NCBI GenBank assembly: GCA_951406725.2
Contig: OX597824.1
Span: 21,142,001-21,206,000 of the forward strand
Direction: 5' to 3'
Length of the DNA: 64,000 nt
Source: Octopus vulgaris
Lineage: Eukaryota
The position numbers and the translations under genes are program-made. Position 1 is the first letter of the stretch. Every line of letters begins with the position of its first letter. The notes below the pieces were generated by a model. The model searched no databases, was not told where the DNA came from, and saw nothing but the letters and a program-made list of their open reading frames with translations. Positions 12,376 to 25,938 of this stretch are shown one piece after another.

Positions 12376-13924
12376 CAATAAAAATCTAGATTTCTTTTTA
12401 GAAAGTTGCATTTAGGGTCCTCATGCTCCCATGAAGACTTAAGGCTGGAAGTTCCCTAAATCTTTATTACTGTTGCAAAATGAAGGACATATTTGATAAG
12501 GAAGTCCTAGTTAGGGCTTGTATTATGTACTAGACAAACTAGATGGTTGCTAAAATCTGGCAGGACACATCACATATTCTAAACAACTTGAAGAAAATTC
12601 CATTATCCAACTAAAAGTACAAAGTCTCTGTAATTAAGGGAGCAGGGGGAGGGCCCTCCGAGAACAAGGGAGGATTGGTGAAGAGGGGTTAGGTTGAGAG
12701 TGGAAGATGAAGGGGTCAATTGATGTTATGGTTTGTCATATGATCTAGCATGAAACACTTCAAATTATGTCAGATAACAGATTTACTGGGTGATTTGCAT
12801 AATCATAAAACCATAGAGAAGGGCTGGGAAAAGGGGTTGCACAGTGTAGAGCTGAAAAGGGGATGGGGATGGGACACAATGTGGGACTGGCCTAAAGTGC
12901 TAAATATCTAAGATAGTGGGTTATCTAGCTCTAGGGCTGCTGATACCTAGTGGAATATCAGTGGCTCTGGTGTTGGATACCCTCCCAAAAAGATGAAAAG
13001 GTCACAGACTGAATGCTTTTGAACACAGGATCTGCTCACTTGGGTTGGGCTAGACCTGGACTAAACAACAACAACAACAAAAACAATGACAACAACAACC
13101 TTTGCTTATATTGTTACTACTGGAAAAAACTTCTGTAAATTATTTTCTTCTTTTTCTAACTCCATGGAAAGGTCACATGGGGTTTATTAATATAAGCGTT
13201 CATTTAATCTACAGACCCAGGTATGGGTGTATTAGAGCCATTTAAATGATATTAAATGTATTTTCTATATGTCGGTTAGTCCACCCAAGTATTTTAGTCA
13301 CTGTTGTTGTTGTTGTTGTTGCTGCTGTTGTTTTTTTTTTATATATTTACTATTTCTCCCACCAAAAAAAGAAAAAAAAAATTGCTTTGCCTAGTGAAGA
13401 GTACAACAACAAAAACAACAACAGCAGCAACAACAACAACAGCAATGATGGTAGTTCAATCACCTGCAATTGATAATAAATCTCCTTTTAAATCAGACTA
13501 ATCAGATAATCCACATTCTTTCGAAACTTGTATGGAAAACTAGTAAGTTGGATTAAGCTGTACATTGGTAGCCTGATACGATCAGAATGTTACCTCAGAG
13601 ACATGTGGCGAAGCATTCACATGTTGCATTCAAATTAGGTTTTACAAGTGAGACAGAAACAACAATAGCTGGGGAGGGGGGTTAGGGTTGGCGGCGGTGG
13701 GGGAGGAGAGCATAGTGGAAGGGAAGACCTTTTTTTTTATTTTTATTTCAGGAATAACCTTAAAATGTCGTTATTTCAGGCAAAAAAATAATAAATAATA
13801 GAATAATAGAATAATACAAAAATTATGTATGAATCAAAAGCTGAATGAGAAATACCTGTGAGTGAAGTTAATTAAAAATAATTGTGATATCTATGAAGTC
13901 AATTTGTATTAGATTGTTTTCGTC

Positions 13925-14385
13925 CTGACTGCTGCTGCTGCTCCTCCTCTTCCTCCTCTTCCTCCTCCTCCACATCATCATCATCACACCACCACCACCA
14001 ACATCATCATCATCATCACCACCACCATCATCATCATCATCATCATCACCATCATCATCACCATCATCATCACCATCATCATTGTCATCACCCCCCCCAC
14101 CAGCACCACCACCAACACCATCATCATTGTCATCACCATCATCACCATCGTCATAGTTATTCCCCTCCTCATCATTATCATGATTATCACTGCCGTTATC
14201 AACATCACTCCCACCAGCATCACCGCCACCGCCACTGCCACCACCACCACCACTACCACCGCCACCACCATCAACATCACTCACCCACACACCATGGTTC
14301 CCATCATCATCATCGCTGCCATCACCACCACCACCACCACCATCACTAGCACCGCCACTGCTACTACCATCACTACTGCTATTGT
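13925..14385. repeat. Degenerate (CAT/CAC)n trinucleotide repeat
   Basis: Direct reading; source of the poly-D/G and poly-M/V pseudo-ORFs. Confidence 0.9.
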
Positions 14386-14741
14386 CCAAAGCTAAGTAAA
14401 GACCAAAACTGGACGCCCTGCATCTGGTAGTGGCGGTGCTTTTCATCCTTTCAGGTTCAAGCTTGCTTACCAACCACATGGTTCTGGGTTCAGTCCCACT
14501 GCGTGGCACCTTGGGCAAGTGTGACCACAATAAGCATGTTTAAAGTTACCACTTTGTGTTTTATATGTTCTTCATCTGGGTTTACTACCAAACAAGATAA
14601 CAGCCTTCTGAACGGAGTCTCATTAGATGACACCACAACCTATAACATCTAAACCTTCAACTTTATAGTGTGTGCTGGGTGCTTTTAACATGCCACAGGC
14701 ACAGGACTTTTACAGGCTGATCCTCTTCACCAACTGATGTG

Positions 14742-14774
<33 letters not shown>

Positions 14775-14819
14775 TACACATGTGTGTGTGTATATATATA
14801 TATATATACACACATACAC

Positions 14820-14847
<28 letters not shown>

Positions 14848-14850
<3 letters not shown>

Positions 14851-15305
14851 GCGTAGGCGAGAAAGATATGCCATAACATACATCTGGAAGATCCTAGGAG
14901 GACTTGTCCCAAACTTTGGCATCGAGAGTTACACAAATGCCAGAACTGGGCGCCACTGCATAGTGCCAAGGACTCCAAATTTGCCATCAAGATGTAGGAC
15001 AAGATACTGTGATAGCCTGGGCTTCCGAGGCCCACAGCTCTTCAATATCCTCCCGAAGAACCTAAGAGACCTGCATGGGGTGGATGCAGATGTCTTTAAA
15101 ATAAAACTGGATCTCTTCTTGTCAGGTGTCCCAGATGAACCAACTTCACGGCAGGAGGTGCAGATGAGGGCAGCTGCATCGAACTCTCTCATGCACCAAA
15201 TGGCAATTGCTAAAAAGCATTCGTGAAGTAAAATCATGTAGCAACACAAAATGGCAGTGCCCCAGCATGGCCACAGCTTGTGAGCTGAAACTAGATAAAA
15301 AAAAT
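14848..15305 (+). mobile_element. 5'-truncated non-LTR retrotransposon (CR1/L2/Jockey group) ORF2 C-terminus and 3' UTR
   Basis: Translates RRERYAITYIWKILGGLVPN...GPQLFNILPKNLRDL...FKIKLDLFLSGVPDEP, a typical LINE C-terminus; A-rich tail. Confidence 0.75.
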
Positions 15306-15326
15306 AAATTTTTTAAAATATATATA

Positions 15327-15540
15327 TCTCACCGTGATCACTGTGACTGACCAGGCTATCAGATGTTGCTACACATTGCTGGTCACAATGCGCTTGTTTT
15401 AGCCTTCAATGACGCCACCCCACTGGCTAAGCGAGCAGGCCAACAGAAGAAAGAGTGAGAGAAAGTTGTGGTGAAAGAGTACATCAGGGATCGCCACCAC
15501 CCCCTGCCAGAGCCTTGTGGAGCTTTAGATATTTTCGCTC
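15327..15540 (-). mobile_element. SINE family C body with a distinct 3' tail
   Basis: Reverse complement GAGCGAAAATATCTAAAGCTCCACAAGGCTCTGGCAGGGGGTGGTGG..TACTCTTTCACCACAACTTTCTCTCACTC. Confidence 0.7.
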
Positions 15541-16547
15541 CGGTGTATAGAAGTGTGTATGAGTGGATCGAGGAGTTTAAAAGTGGCTGAACAAACATGA
15601 TACACAAAGAGGGAACAGAATGCCTATCAACCTTCACCAATGATGAGCAGATTCAGCAAGCTTATGAGATGGTAATGGTGAACTGGTCAGTTATCATCAA
15701 TGAGGTAGCTCGTTCTCTGCAGATTAGTCATGGTTTTGCATATTAAATCATCTGTGATGAGCTTGGCTTCTATAGAGTCTGTGCAAGATGGGTGCCAAGA
15801 GAGCTTACTGTAGAAGACAACCACAAATGTCTTGAGGTCTGCCAACATTTACTTGGTCACTACAACAGTGAGGGCGAGGAATTTTTAAGCAGAATAGTCA
15901 CTGTTGTTGTTGTTGTTGCTGTTGTTTTTTTTTATGACAGAGTATGGAGTGGAAACATTTTGGCTCGCCAGCAATGGAGGAATTTAAGGCTCAGTCTTCC
16001 GTGGAAAAGGTGATGCTAACCCTGTTTTGGGACTCAAAAGGGCCTATACTGGAAGACTACCTGGAAAAGGGGTGTATGATCAACAGTGCAAGATTCAGTG
16101 CTTTGTGGGCCAACAAAGTGAAGCCAGCAATTTGTACCAAACGCTGAAGCCTATTGTCAAAGAAAGTTTTGTTGCAGCATGATAATGCACGCCTACACAT
16201 GACCACCCAGACTGTTGAAACCATTAACCAATTGGGTTTTGAAGTGCTGGAACACCCTGCTTGCAGTCACCTCTTCTGACTGTCATATCTTTGGACCACT
16301 CAAAAATGGTTTACAAGGTCTTTGATTTCCTACAGATGAAGATGTGAAGGAAGTGGGGCATAAATGGTTGCACAACCAACCGGAAACCTTCTTCTTGGAG
16401 GGAATATGCAAGGTTTTAGATCGCTGGACCAAGTGCATCGAAAAGGAAGGAGACTATATAGAAAAGTGATGTACTTATTTATCCCCTGCTTTTGTGTAAA
16501 TACATTGAAAAAATAGGAGTGTGTATAAGGTTTGATTCTCCCTCATA
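15541..16547 (+). mobile_element. Decayed mariner (DD34D-type) transposase with right TIR
   Basis: WVPREL at 15789, FLSRIVT, KVMLTLFWDSKG, QHDNAR, degenerate HP..S..SD..IFGPLK; stops and frameshifts; ends GATTCTCCCTCATA. Confidence 0.9.
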
Positions 16548-16841
16548 CACACCCACACACATGTATGTGTGTATATATGTACATACTCACATGTACCTAT
16601 AACACGTATATGTGTGTATGTGTATACTCATATGCATCACCATTATCATCATCATCATCATCGTTGCCACCCCTATATCATTATGGGTTGGTAGGGGTCT
16701 CTGGGTCTTACAGAGTTTCTCTACTTGTTGGGGGTCCTTTATTATCTCGTACACACAACAACAGAGGAAAATTGCCAACCTTTGTTCTCGTGTATTTCAT
16801 TCTATATTTTTATGCGTGTATGTGTGTGTGTGTGTATGTGT

Positions 16842-16884
<43 letters not shown>

Positions 16885-16923
16885 GTGGAGTTGGTGGATG
16901 GTGAATGCTTATGTGTGCAGACA

Positions 16924-16954
<31 letters not shown>

Positions 16955-17301
16955 TTAGTGCACTTGTACACCCTAATTTTTTATTTTTTTTATTGTATAG
17001 TATTACACTATGCTTCAATCAAATAAATTATTAGTGTAAATAAATATATCTTTATTACTATAATTGTTGTTGTTGTTATTATCATCATCATCGCCACCAT
17101 CATCATCATCATCTTCCTCATCATTATCATCGTCATCATCACCATCAACATCATCATTGTCTTCCTTTACTTTTCCAGGCTAACACTGACCGGGCTGAAG
17201 GACTTAACAGGGTTTTTTTTTTCCTTTTTGCAATTCCTTATATTAGTAGTAGTAGTGGTGGTGGTGGTGGTGGTGGTCGTCGTCGTCGTCGTAGTAGTAG
17301 C

Positions 17302-17349
<48 letters not shown>

Positions 17350-17649
17350 TGTTGTTGTCGTTAGTCTTTGTTGACCTTACACTGCTCCTTGGTTATCATT
17401 AACGGAAAGCCTTGTGATTAATTTTTCCACTCAGTTAGCATCATCCTTTTCTTATCACATGCCAACCCCAACACAATAATTGTCCTCAAATACACCAACC
17501 AGCCAGCCAACTGACTGACCGGGCCAACCAACCAACCAACCAACCAACCAACCAACCAACCAGCCAACCAGCCAGCCAGCCAACCTTTCTCTTGTCATGG
17601 TTTGTCTAATCAAGAACAAGGGGAGAGAAAAAGAAGTCAAGAAAAAATA

Positions 17650-18260
17650 TTACTTTCAAATTTTGGCACAAGGCCAGCAACGTCGGGTGAGTGGACCAGT
17701 CGATTAGATCAACTCCAGTGCACAGCTGGTACTTAATTTATTGATCCCAAAAGGATGAAAGGCAAAGTCGACCTCGGCAGAATTTGATCTCAGAACATAA
17801 AGACAGACGAAATACCACTAAGCATTTCACCTGGCATGCTAATGTTTCTTATTTCTTTATTGTCCACAAGGGGCTAAACATAGAGGGGACAAATAAGGAC
17901 AGACAAAGGGATTAAGTCGATTACATCGACCCCGGTGCATAAGTGGTACTTCATTTATTGACCCCGGAAGGATGAAAGGCAAAGTCGACCTCGGCAGAAT
18001 TTGAACTCAGAACATAAAGACAGACAAAATACCTATTTCTTTACTACCCACAAGGAGCTAAACACAGAAGGGACAAACAAGGACAGTCAAACATATTAAG
18101 TCGATTATATTGACCCCAGTGCGTAACTGGTACTTATTTAATTGATCCTGAAAGAATGAAAGGCAAAATTGACCTCGGCGGAATTTGAACTCAGAACGTA
18201 GCGGCAGACTAAGTACCGCTAAGCATTTCGCCCGGTGTGCTAACGATTCTGCCAGCTCAC
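17650..18260 (-). mobile_element. SINE family A cluster
   Basis: Three reverse-complement bodies. Confidence 0.85.
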
Positions 18261-19179
18261 CACCTATGATAAATATTATTATTATTCGTGGGCAATGGTT
18301 TGTGCAGAGCAAGTCTCACTTTCCCATCCTTCAGACCTGTATCAGTCAGGTCAATAAGTGCTTTGAGTCCAGTAGTTATCACAAGCAGGATCTGTATGGA
18401 GTTACCTTCTCTTAGATGAACAACTAAAGGGCTCAAAGGCTTCATCTGCCTGGGTCTGTCAGAGTGTCTGTGAGTGACCTTCTTCCGGTAACATGCTAAT
18501 CACCCATAACTGGGACCTTGGCAGATGATACTAATCCAGGTCAGAGTTAACCTGGAAACAATAGTGGTTAATTTTACCTTGTAGAGTACAAGGTTAATTT
18601 TATATAAGGACATTGCTATGATTAATATTAATTAAAACTCCAAATCCAATTATTTCGCTCTCCCTCTCTCTCTTTTAAACTAAGATTAATTACATCAAGT
18701 CAACAAGTCAACTCCCTAATTAAATCTTACAGATTTACTAATTAAGAAATATTGACACAAACAATACCAACCCCAAAAGCCTTGGAAGCTGCTATGTACA
18801 TGGTTGTCCAGTCTGTTACACACTGCACCTGAAAATATGTGATGGTCATGGTTGGAATGCCTTTTGACCATAGGTCTGGTTGATCATAGATTTGGTTGAC
18901 CAAGGGACTGGTTAATCATAGCTCTGGCTGATCAAAAGTTTGGTTGATCATAGGTCTGGCTGCCATGGGTTAAACAACAACTTGTCTGTTCATTCAAGTG
19001 TAAATAATCTTCTTCTATCCGTAAGTACTTAATAGCTCTAGCTTGATTAAAAACAAAGAATCAACATGTGTCATGCTTGAATGAGACCTGAACCCCTGTG
19101 ATGAGATATAAGTAGAAAAAACAAATCATTTTAAATCCGTTTTTTTTAAATAATTTACTTATAATAGTTGTCTATTATA

Positions 19180-19580
19180 TCAAAATCGAATTCAATGACT
19201 GGCATCCATGCTAGTACGGTGCCAAGAGCACCATCTGAGCATGATCGTTGCCAAAGCAGCCAACTGGCTCCGTGCCGGTGGCACGTAAAAGGCACCATTC
19301 AAACGTGATCGTTACCAGTGTCGCCTTACTGGCACGTGTAAAAAGATTCGAGTGAGGTCATTGCCAGTACCGCCTGACTGGCCCCCATGCCGGTGGCACG
19401 TAAAAAGCACCCACAACACTCTTGGAGTGGTTGGCATTAGGAAGGGCATCCAGCTGTAGAAACACTGCCAGATCAAGATTGGAGCCTGGTGCAGCCATCT
19501 GGTTTGCCAGCCCTCAGTCAAAATCGTCCAACCCATGCTAGCATGGAAAGCGGATGTTAAACGATGATGATGATGATGAT
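19180..19580 (+). mobile_element. RTE LINE 3' UTR with tandem units and (GAT)n tail
   Basis: GTGCCGGTGGCACGTAAAA units; CCAACCCATGCTAGCATGGAAAGCGGATGTTAAACGATGATGAT. Confidence 0.85.
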
Positions 19581-19597
19581 CTATGTATCACACTTGA

Positions 19598-19772
19598 TAT
19601 ACACCATCAGTAGGCAAGATGCTGTGATTTTTGTCTAAGATAAAATCTTGTTAGCTGCTGATCCTGGGATGACTTTCATCAGATGATATCGTTGGGTTTT
19701 TTTACACAACACATCTATAAGAGACTATATCTCAGGTGAAAACTGCTGTATCTTACCTGTCAGTGGTGTATA
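19598..19772. mobile_element. Small old MITE-like inverted repeat
   Basis: TATACACCATCAGTAGGCAAGAT... vs reverse complement of ...ATCTTACCTGTCAGTGGTGTATA; TA flanks. Confidence 0.45.
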
Positions 19773-20028
19773 TATGTTAAGTATACTATGTACATGGTTA
19801 ATTTAATCTAGTGCTGCTTCAATTGCATACACTGAGTTTTTATTCAGCCCAGCAGCTGTTTGTAATATCAGTGTGTGTATTATTCACTGTTTCCTACATA
19901 TTGGAGGTGATAGATTTCATTTAGGCAAGTGACTGTGAATACACGTTATTGACAAAGCTCAAGAATGCTGAAATGTGCTTGGTAATCTTATTAGCTGTTG
20001 CCAGGATGATTATTTTTTACCTCTGATA

Positions 20029-20345
20029 TACGAGGTGCATTGAAAACGTATCCAACTTTATTTTTTTCTGCAAAAACTGATGCTGTGTGGGCGAAATCCT
20101 TTGGGTGGCAGGGGACTGTGCATTTGTAAAAAATTTGTGCTGGTGGGGCTCATAAGTCTTTGACTGTTGTACTTAGAGTACAGATGTGTAATGCAAGCTC
20201 ATCAGATATTCATTTTCTTGCAAGATGACCAAACACATCAAACAGAGACCATAAACCTATGTCCTGTCACAAGTGATGATGGTCTTCATGATGTCTGGAT
20301 CATGGTTTGCACTGTCCAGCATGTCCTGAGTGATTTCCATGTGAA
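20029..20345 (-). mobile_element. Mariner remnant (TIR plus transposase fragment)
   Basis: TA-CGAGGTGCATTGAAAA TIR-like end; minus-strand MEITQDMLDSANHDPDIMKTIITCDRT*VYG resembles mariner ...IITGDETWVYG. Confidence 0.7.
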
Positions 20346-21722
20346 GTTGGTTTGTTTACATCCTTATAATTTGAGTAATTTGGCAAAAGAGACTGGCAGA
20401 ATAAGTGTAAGATGCTAAAAGAATAAGTACTGGGGCCAAATTCTTTGACTAAGCTCTTCAAGACTATGCTCCAGCATGGCCACAACTGAAACAAGAAAAA
20501 AAATAAAGATAAAAGATTTGCTTTAAATACTGGAATGTGTGGAATTCGACAGCAAAGATGGTAAAAGACTGGACAGGGTCCTAATCTTGGCATTTTGAAG
20601 TCGTCAGTGATGTAACCTACAGAGAAACTTTCTCCAGTGGTGCCCAAGTGAAATCACAATTGGGCCCTTATTTTCTTGTCCAAAAGACAGAGAAAGCTGA
20701 CAAAAAATACTGGCTGCTTTCTTAAACCTAAAGTAATGGAAATGTCCAGCATCCTGGCTCCTCAATCCACCTCCTTTCTTCATCGGTTGGGTCAGGTTGC
20801 CATGCACAGAAATGACTGCCAGGCCACAATGCACAATGGCTATTTTAACAGAACTCTCTCTCGTTCACTCCCCCTCTTTCTCTCTGTCTCTCTGTCTCTC
20901 TTTCTCTTTCACTCTCTTTCTCTCGCCCCTCTCTCCTCCCTCTTTTCCCTCCCCTCTCCTCCCACCCTCTCTCTTCTCCTCCTCTCTCCCTCCCTCCTCC
21001 TCCCTGCCTCCTCCTCTCTCCCTTTTTACTTTCTCTCCCTCCCCCTCTCTTTCTATCTATCCCTCTTTCTTTCTCTCTCTTTCTCCCTCCCTCCCACTTT
21101 TGCCTTCTCTCCCTCTCCCCAATGCACACACCCACACCCGCACACACACACACACACACACACTCACCTCACTGGATTGATGCATTCACCCACTTTCATA
21201 TTTCATCCACTCGGACTGCAAGAAGATAATTCATTCTATGACTTGCTATTACACATTTCTCAAAAAGTATTTTCCAATTTGTTCAACTAATAACCAACAC
21301 AAAAAACAAAAACAACAAAAAAAAAACCCAAAAAACCCACAAAGCTATCGATTAATGCTTTTAAAATTATCCATAATACCTTTTAACCAAACGATTTTAA
21401 AAAAAAGATAAAGAAGATATCGCATTCCTATAGATTATAATAGTTTAGATCAAGTTAATACCTCATAAGCCTAGGTCAAGGTTAATCCGGCTTTGTGGGG
21501 AAATAATCTTGATCCCTGAGAAGATTAGAGTATATATGTTTATAGAGAAGTCATCAATCCTACGCTTGAAATAGACTCCAGTCTAATGACTACGGGTTCA
21601 ATTTGAATACAAGGCAGGCAGACAGGCAGGTAATAATAATGTTTGTTAGGATTTCATCTTGACCAACAGGAATTTCTCTCTCTCACTCTCCCTCTCTCTT
21701 TTTCTGTCTCTCCCTCTTTCTT

Positions 21723-21766
<44 letters not shown>

Positions 21767-21868
21767 TCAGGAAATTCTTGAAATAAGAATGGGATTATTT
21801 TAGTCATTAATGTCACTGGAACCGTTTGTACTGCGAACAAAAGTATTTCACTCGGACATCATGCACAC

Positions 21869-22256
21869 CTACATACATACATACATACATACATACATAC
21901 ATACATACATACATACATACATACATACATACACACATACATACATACATACATACATACATACATACATACATACATACATACATACATACATACACAC
22001 ACACATACATACATACATACATACATACATACATACATACATACATACATACATACACACACACATACATACATACATACATACATACATACATACATAC
22101 ATACATACATACATACATACATACATACATACATACATACACACACACATACATACATACATACATACATACATACATACATACACATACATACACACAT
22201 ACACACATACATACATACATACATACATACATACATACATACATACATACATACAC
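21869..22256. repeat. (TACA)n tetranucleotide microsatellite, ~390 bp
   Basis: Direct reading. Confidence 0.97.
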
Positions 22257-22630
22257 ATGCACACATGTATGCATGTGTGTGTATTTGTGTGTGTGTGTGC
22301 GTGTTTATGGCATCAGTTTGTGTGCGTGTGAGTATATATATATATATATATCATGATGATGATGGATGATGATGATGATATATATGCTACTATGCTATTA
22401 TGCTACTGTTGTTGGTACACACAGACACATGCAAACAAGTATACACACACACACACATACACACAAACAGATTTCTAAGTGGACGAATATGAGTGTGTAT
22501 GTATACGCATATACATATGTGTGTGTGTTTACATATATACTTGTAAGTATATATGTCCATATATGTATACATGTATGTATGTAGGCATGTATTTATGCAT
22601 GTATGTATGTATGCATCTATGTATTTTTGC

Positions 22631-22683
<53 letters not shown>

Positions 22684-22689
22684 TATACT

Positions 22690-22733
<44 letters not shown>

Positions 22734-22769
22734 TATATATATATATACATACATATACATACATACAAA

Positions 22770-23310
22770 CATCATCATTATCATCATCATCGTTTAATGT
22801 CCGCTTTCCATGCTGGCATGGGTTGGACGAATTGACGGAGGACTGGCGAACCAGATGGCTGAACCAGGCTCCAATCTTGATCTGCCACCGGCACGTGGGC
22901 CAGTCAGGCAGTACTGGCAACCGCCACGCTCAAATGGTGTTTTTTACGTCCCACCTGCACAGGAACTAGTCCAGCAGCACTGGCAATGACTTCGCCTGAA
23001 TGTTTTTTCACATGCCACCGGCATAAGTTCCAGTAAAGTAAAAGTGGTAATGATCACCCTCGAATTGTGCTTTTTACGTGCCACCAGCACAGAAGCCAGT
23101 TAGCTGCTCTGGCAACGATCACGCTCGGTTGGTGCTCTTAGCGCTCCACTAGCATGGATGCCAGTCATTGAATTTGACTTCGATTTCACTTGCCTCAACA
23201 GGTCTTCACAAGCAGAGTTTAGTGTCCAATGAAGGAAAGGTATGCATAAGTGGGCTCGTTACACCCCTGGCATAGGCCACGAAGTTATGGTCTCATTTGG
23301 CTTGCCAAAT
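22770..23310 (-). mobile_element. RTE LINE 3' UTR (reaching close to the ORF stop)
   Basis: Reverse complement matches 52600-53212 including GAGACCATAAC..CGTGGCCT and the tandem units. Confidence 0.8.
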
Positions 23311-23647
23311 GAGACCATAACCTCGAGGGATTTGAGTATATGAAAGATGTAGTATACGTGAGAGCAATTACAGTTTTTTTACCCTCACCAAGTAACTGCA
23401 TGCTTTGTTGGAGTGTTACATAATCAGTTGATATCTTCATTGACCCCTGATGGCTGAAATTTTTAGGACCCACTGCCAATGGGTCATTCATTGCAGCAGA
23501 GGTAGGGGCTTCACATTTGTGACAATGAAATACTGTTACTTGCATAGTTCCAGGATCACAGAAGGTATAGAATGGGTAGGAGCAGTTTTTTTTTTTTTTT
23601 GCATTAAAAACATGTTTGAAACAGCTGTGGTGAAACACAACCCATCT

Positions 23648-23800
23648 AGTTCTATATTTAAGAGATGAGGAATTATGTACATTATTTACATAATTTACAC
23701 TTGACGGATATTTGTCCTCATCTTGTTTGTTGTTAACACAACATTTTGGCTGATATACCCTCCAGCCTTCATCATGTGTCTTGGGAAATTTCGAACCTGG
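23648..23800 (-). mobile_element. Second copy of the 4750-4903 element, hammerhead core mutated
   Basis: Reverse complement GACAC-ATGATGA-AGGCTGGAGGGTATATCAGCC-AAAAT-GTT-GTGTT. Confidence 0.7.
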
Positions 23801-23904
23801 GTTCTCATTTCAAGATTCCAAGTTCGATTCCAGGCAGTGACCTGAATGCCGAGACCCCCTTCGGTCATGACTGACCATGGGATTGCACCTAAAAAGTTAC
23901 CTCG

Positions 23905-24185
23905 CGGGCGGAGGATCACGGTTTCGATTCCCGGACTAGGCATTGTGTGTGTTTATTGAGCAAAAACACCTAAAAGCTCCACGAGGCTCCGGCAGGGGGT
24001 GGTGGCGAACACTGTTGTACTCTTTCACCCCAACTTTCTCTCACTGTCTCTTCCTGTTTCTTGAGTAATGCTGCGATGGACTGGCATCCCGTCCAGCTGG
24101 GGGGGGGGACACATACACCACAGAAACCAGGAAAACGGGCCCATGAGCTTGGCTACGCTTGAAAAGGGCTACGCTTGAAAAGGGC
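23905..24185 (+). mobile_element. SINE family C, 5'-truncated, with GATGGACTGGC tail
   Basis: Same body and tail as 28248-28560. Confidence 0.8.
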
Positions 24186-24532
24186 GACGTTTATCGTTTA
24201 ATGTAAATAATGCACAATCCATCTGTTTTTTATTGTTTATCTTTCACCTAACTTGAAACTTGCAATTCATTCAGATCTAGAATCTATAGAAAGTGGAGCA
24301 ATAGGTGCAGTGAGTGTGCCCACATGTGACCTTGATGACTCATGTATTCAATCAACCATTTGTGAATGAATGCATAACTGGAGTTCAAATCCACATTTAC
24401 TTTAGCAAGTAAGCATTTGTTGTTATATGATGATGATGATGATGATATATAATTGTTAAAGAGGTCAACAAATGTTAAGGCAAGGCAAACATCTCAAGTA
24501 ATATTCATTATTATAATTGGAAAAAATTCAAA

Positions 24533-24588
24533 GTCTTACACCTGTTTCTGGGATATCCCAGAGCACGGGATATTCCATTATCGGAGAC
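24533..24588 (-). ncRNA. Degenerate type I hammerhead ribozyme fold
   Basis: Reverse complement GTCT-CCGATAA-TGGAATATCCC/GGGATATCCCA-GAAAC-AGGT-GTA-AGAC; helices intact, core has 2 substitutions. Confidence 0.5.
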
Positions 24589-24819
24589 AAATAGGGAAAA
24601 TGAGAAGGTTATAGATTAATGAAGTGATGACATAGAGGACAGGAGTAAAGGAATAAGGACATGAAGAAAGAGAAGAAAAAAGAAGCATAAAAAGCATAAA
24701 AGTTCACATTTCAACTTTCTGATCTTGTAGAAATAAGTCCATAAGTCCTAGGTACAATCCTGGGTAAATCCATGTACCTAATTGTTTAGAACACCTGTGA
24801 ACTAAACCCCCATATTTTG

Positions 24820-24857
<38 letters not shown>

Positions 24858-24948
24858 GGGAAAGTTTATGAAAATAAACAAAAGACGAAGACAGGTGATG
24901 TACAAAACAAACAGATGTATTAGTATAGCACTCAGGAATAGAAAAAGT

Positions 24949-24984
24949 CTTTTACGTTTCGAGCCTACGCTCTTCTACAGAAAG
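24949..24984 (-). ncRNA. Minimal hammerhead-like fold with variant core, in a ~200-bp TA-flanked insert (24855-25056)
   Basis: Reverse complement CTTT-CTGTAGA-AGAGC-GTAG-GCTC-GAAAC-GTA-AAAG. Confidence 0.55.
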
Positions 24985-25266
24985 GTACACAGAAAAAAAA
25001 CAAGGAGAGAAACAAGGAGTGAAAGAAAATGTGTGTAGTGGCTAACGATCTATCATACATATATATATATATATAAGGATATATACAGATATATATTTAT
25101 GAAGATAATTGAAAGCGCTCACACTCACCCACACTGGAAACTTATTCCAAAAAGGTTAGTGACATTCTGATACAGAATTTACAACTTCTTTTTAAAAAAT
25201 AAGTTTTTGAAAAGGATCTTTTTTATACTTAGTAAAACTGCATCAAGCAATTTTCACAAAGACTTT

Positions 25267-25308
<42 letters not shown>

Positions 25309-25369
25309 TTATATCGCTATCACCAACCTGGACGCTTTCACTATCTAAGTACTTGATTCTCTTGAATCT

Positions 25370-25592
25370 TGTAGCTTTATTATTGCATAGCGAATCTGTA
25401 CATCCCTGTGATTGGCTAAGTGAACTATACTAGTTAGTATAAATGAGCATGCACGGAATAGTCTGAGAAGTGTGCCAGTCATAGTGTAGAGGTCGTAGGA
25501 ATTAGTAAATAGAGATATCGTGGAGTGCTTATTGAAGATATACAGTTAGAGAGTAATAAGTAAACATCCGGAATATTTGATATATTATAACA
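25370..25592 (+). mobile_element. Possible solo LTR
   Basis: TGTAG...TAACA ends, ATTGG then TATAAA, AGTAAA near the 3' end; no clear TSD. Confidence 0.3.
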
Positions 25593-25894
25593 GTTCAGAT
25601 ATAACTGTGATGATAAGAAGTCATATGTCATACCATTTATATAAGTGCGTGTGTGTATATATATATATATAAATTATAAATGGAAACCAAAATAATAAAT
25701 TGAACAAATAAATAATTTAATCATTAAATGAGAAATTCAATTCAGCTTAATTACTTCATACAAACAAATGACACATCTAGTAAATTACACCTGTTTTAAC
25801 ACCATTAATAAAAACAAGTTTTTCAAGAATAATAAAATATTGTTTTAAATATAATGAGGTTTCATCAGATAAACATATCTTCTTAAATATATTA

Positions 25895-25938
<44 letters not shown>

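Noticed and set aside
13868-14530. 220-aa Gly/Asp-rich ORF (and the Pro/His/Gly-Cys-rich ORFs at 27642-28301)
   Set aside because: They are degenerate trinucleotide repeats open in several frames; the 13868-14530 ORF also starts inside a SINE
20520-20830. Possible host exon
   Set aside because: No consistent frame or splice sites; faint resemblance to a very decayed RTE C-terminus
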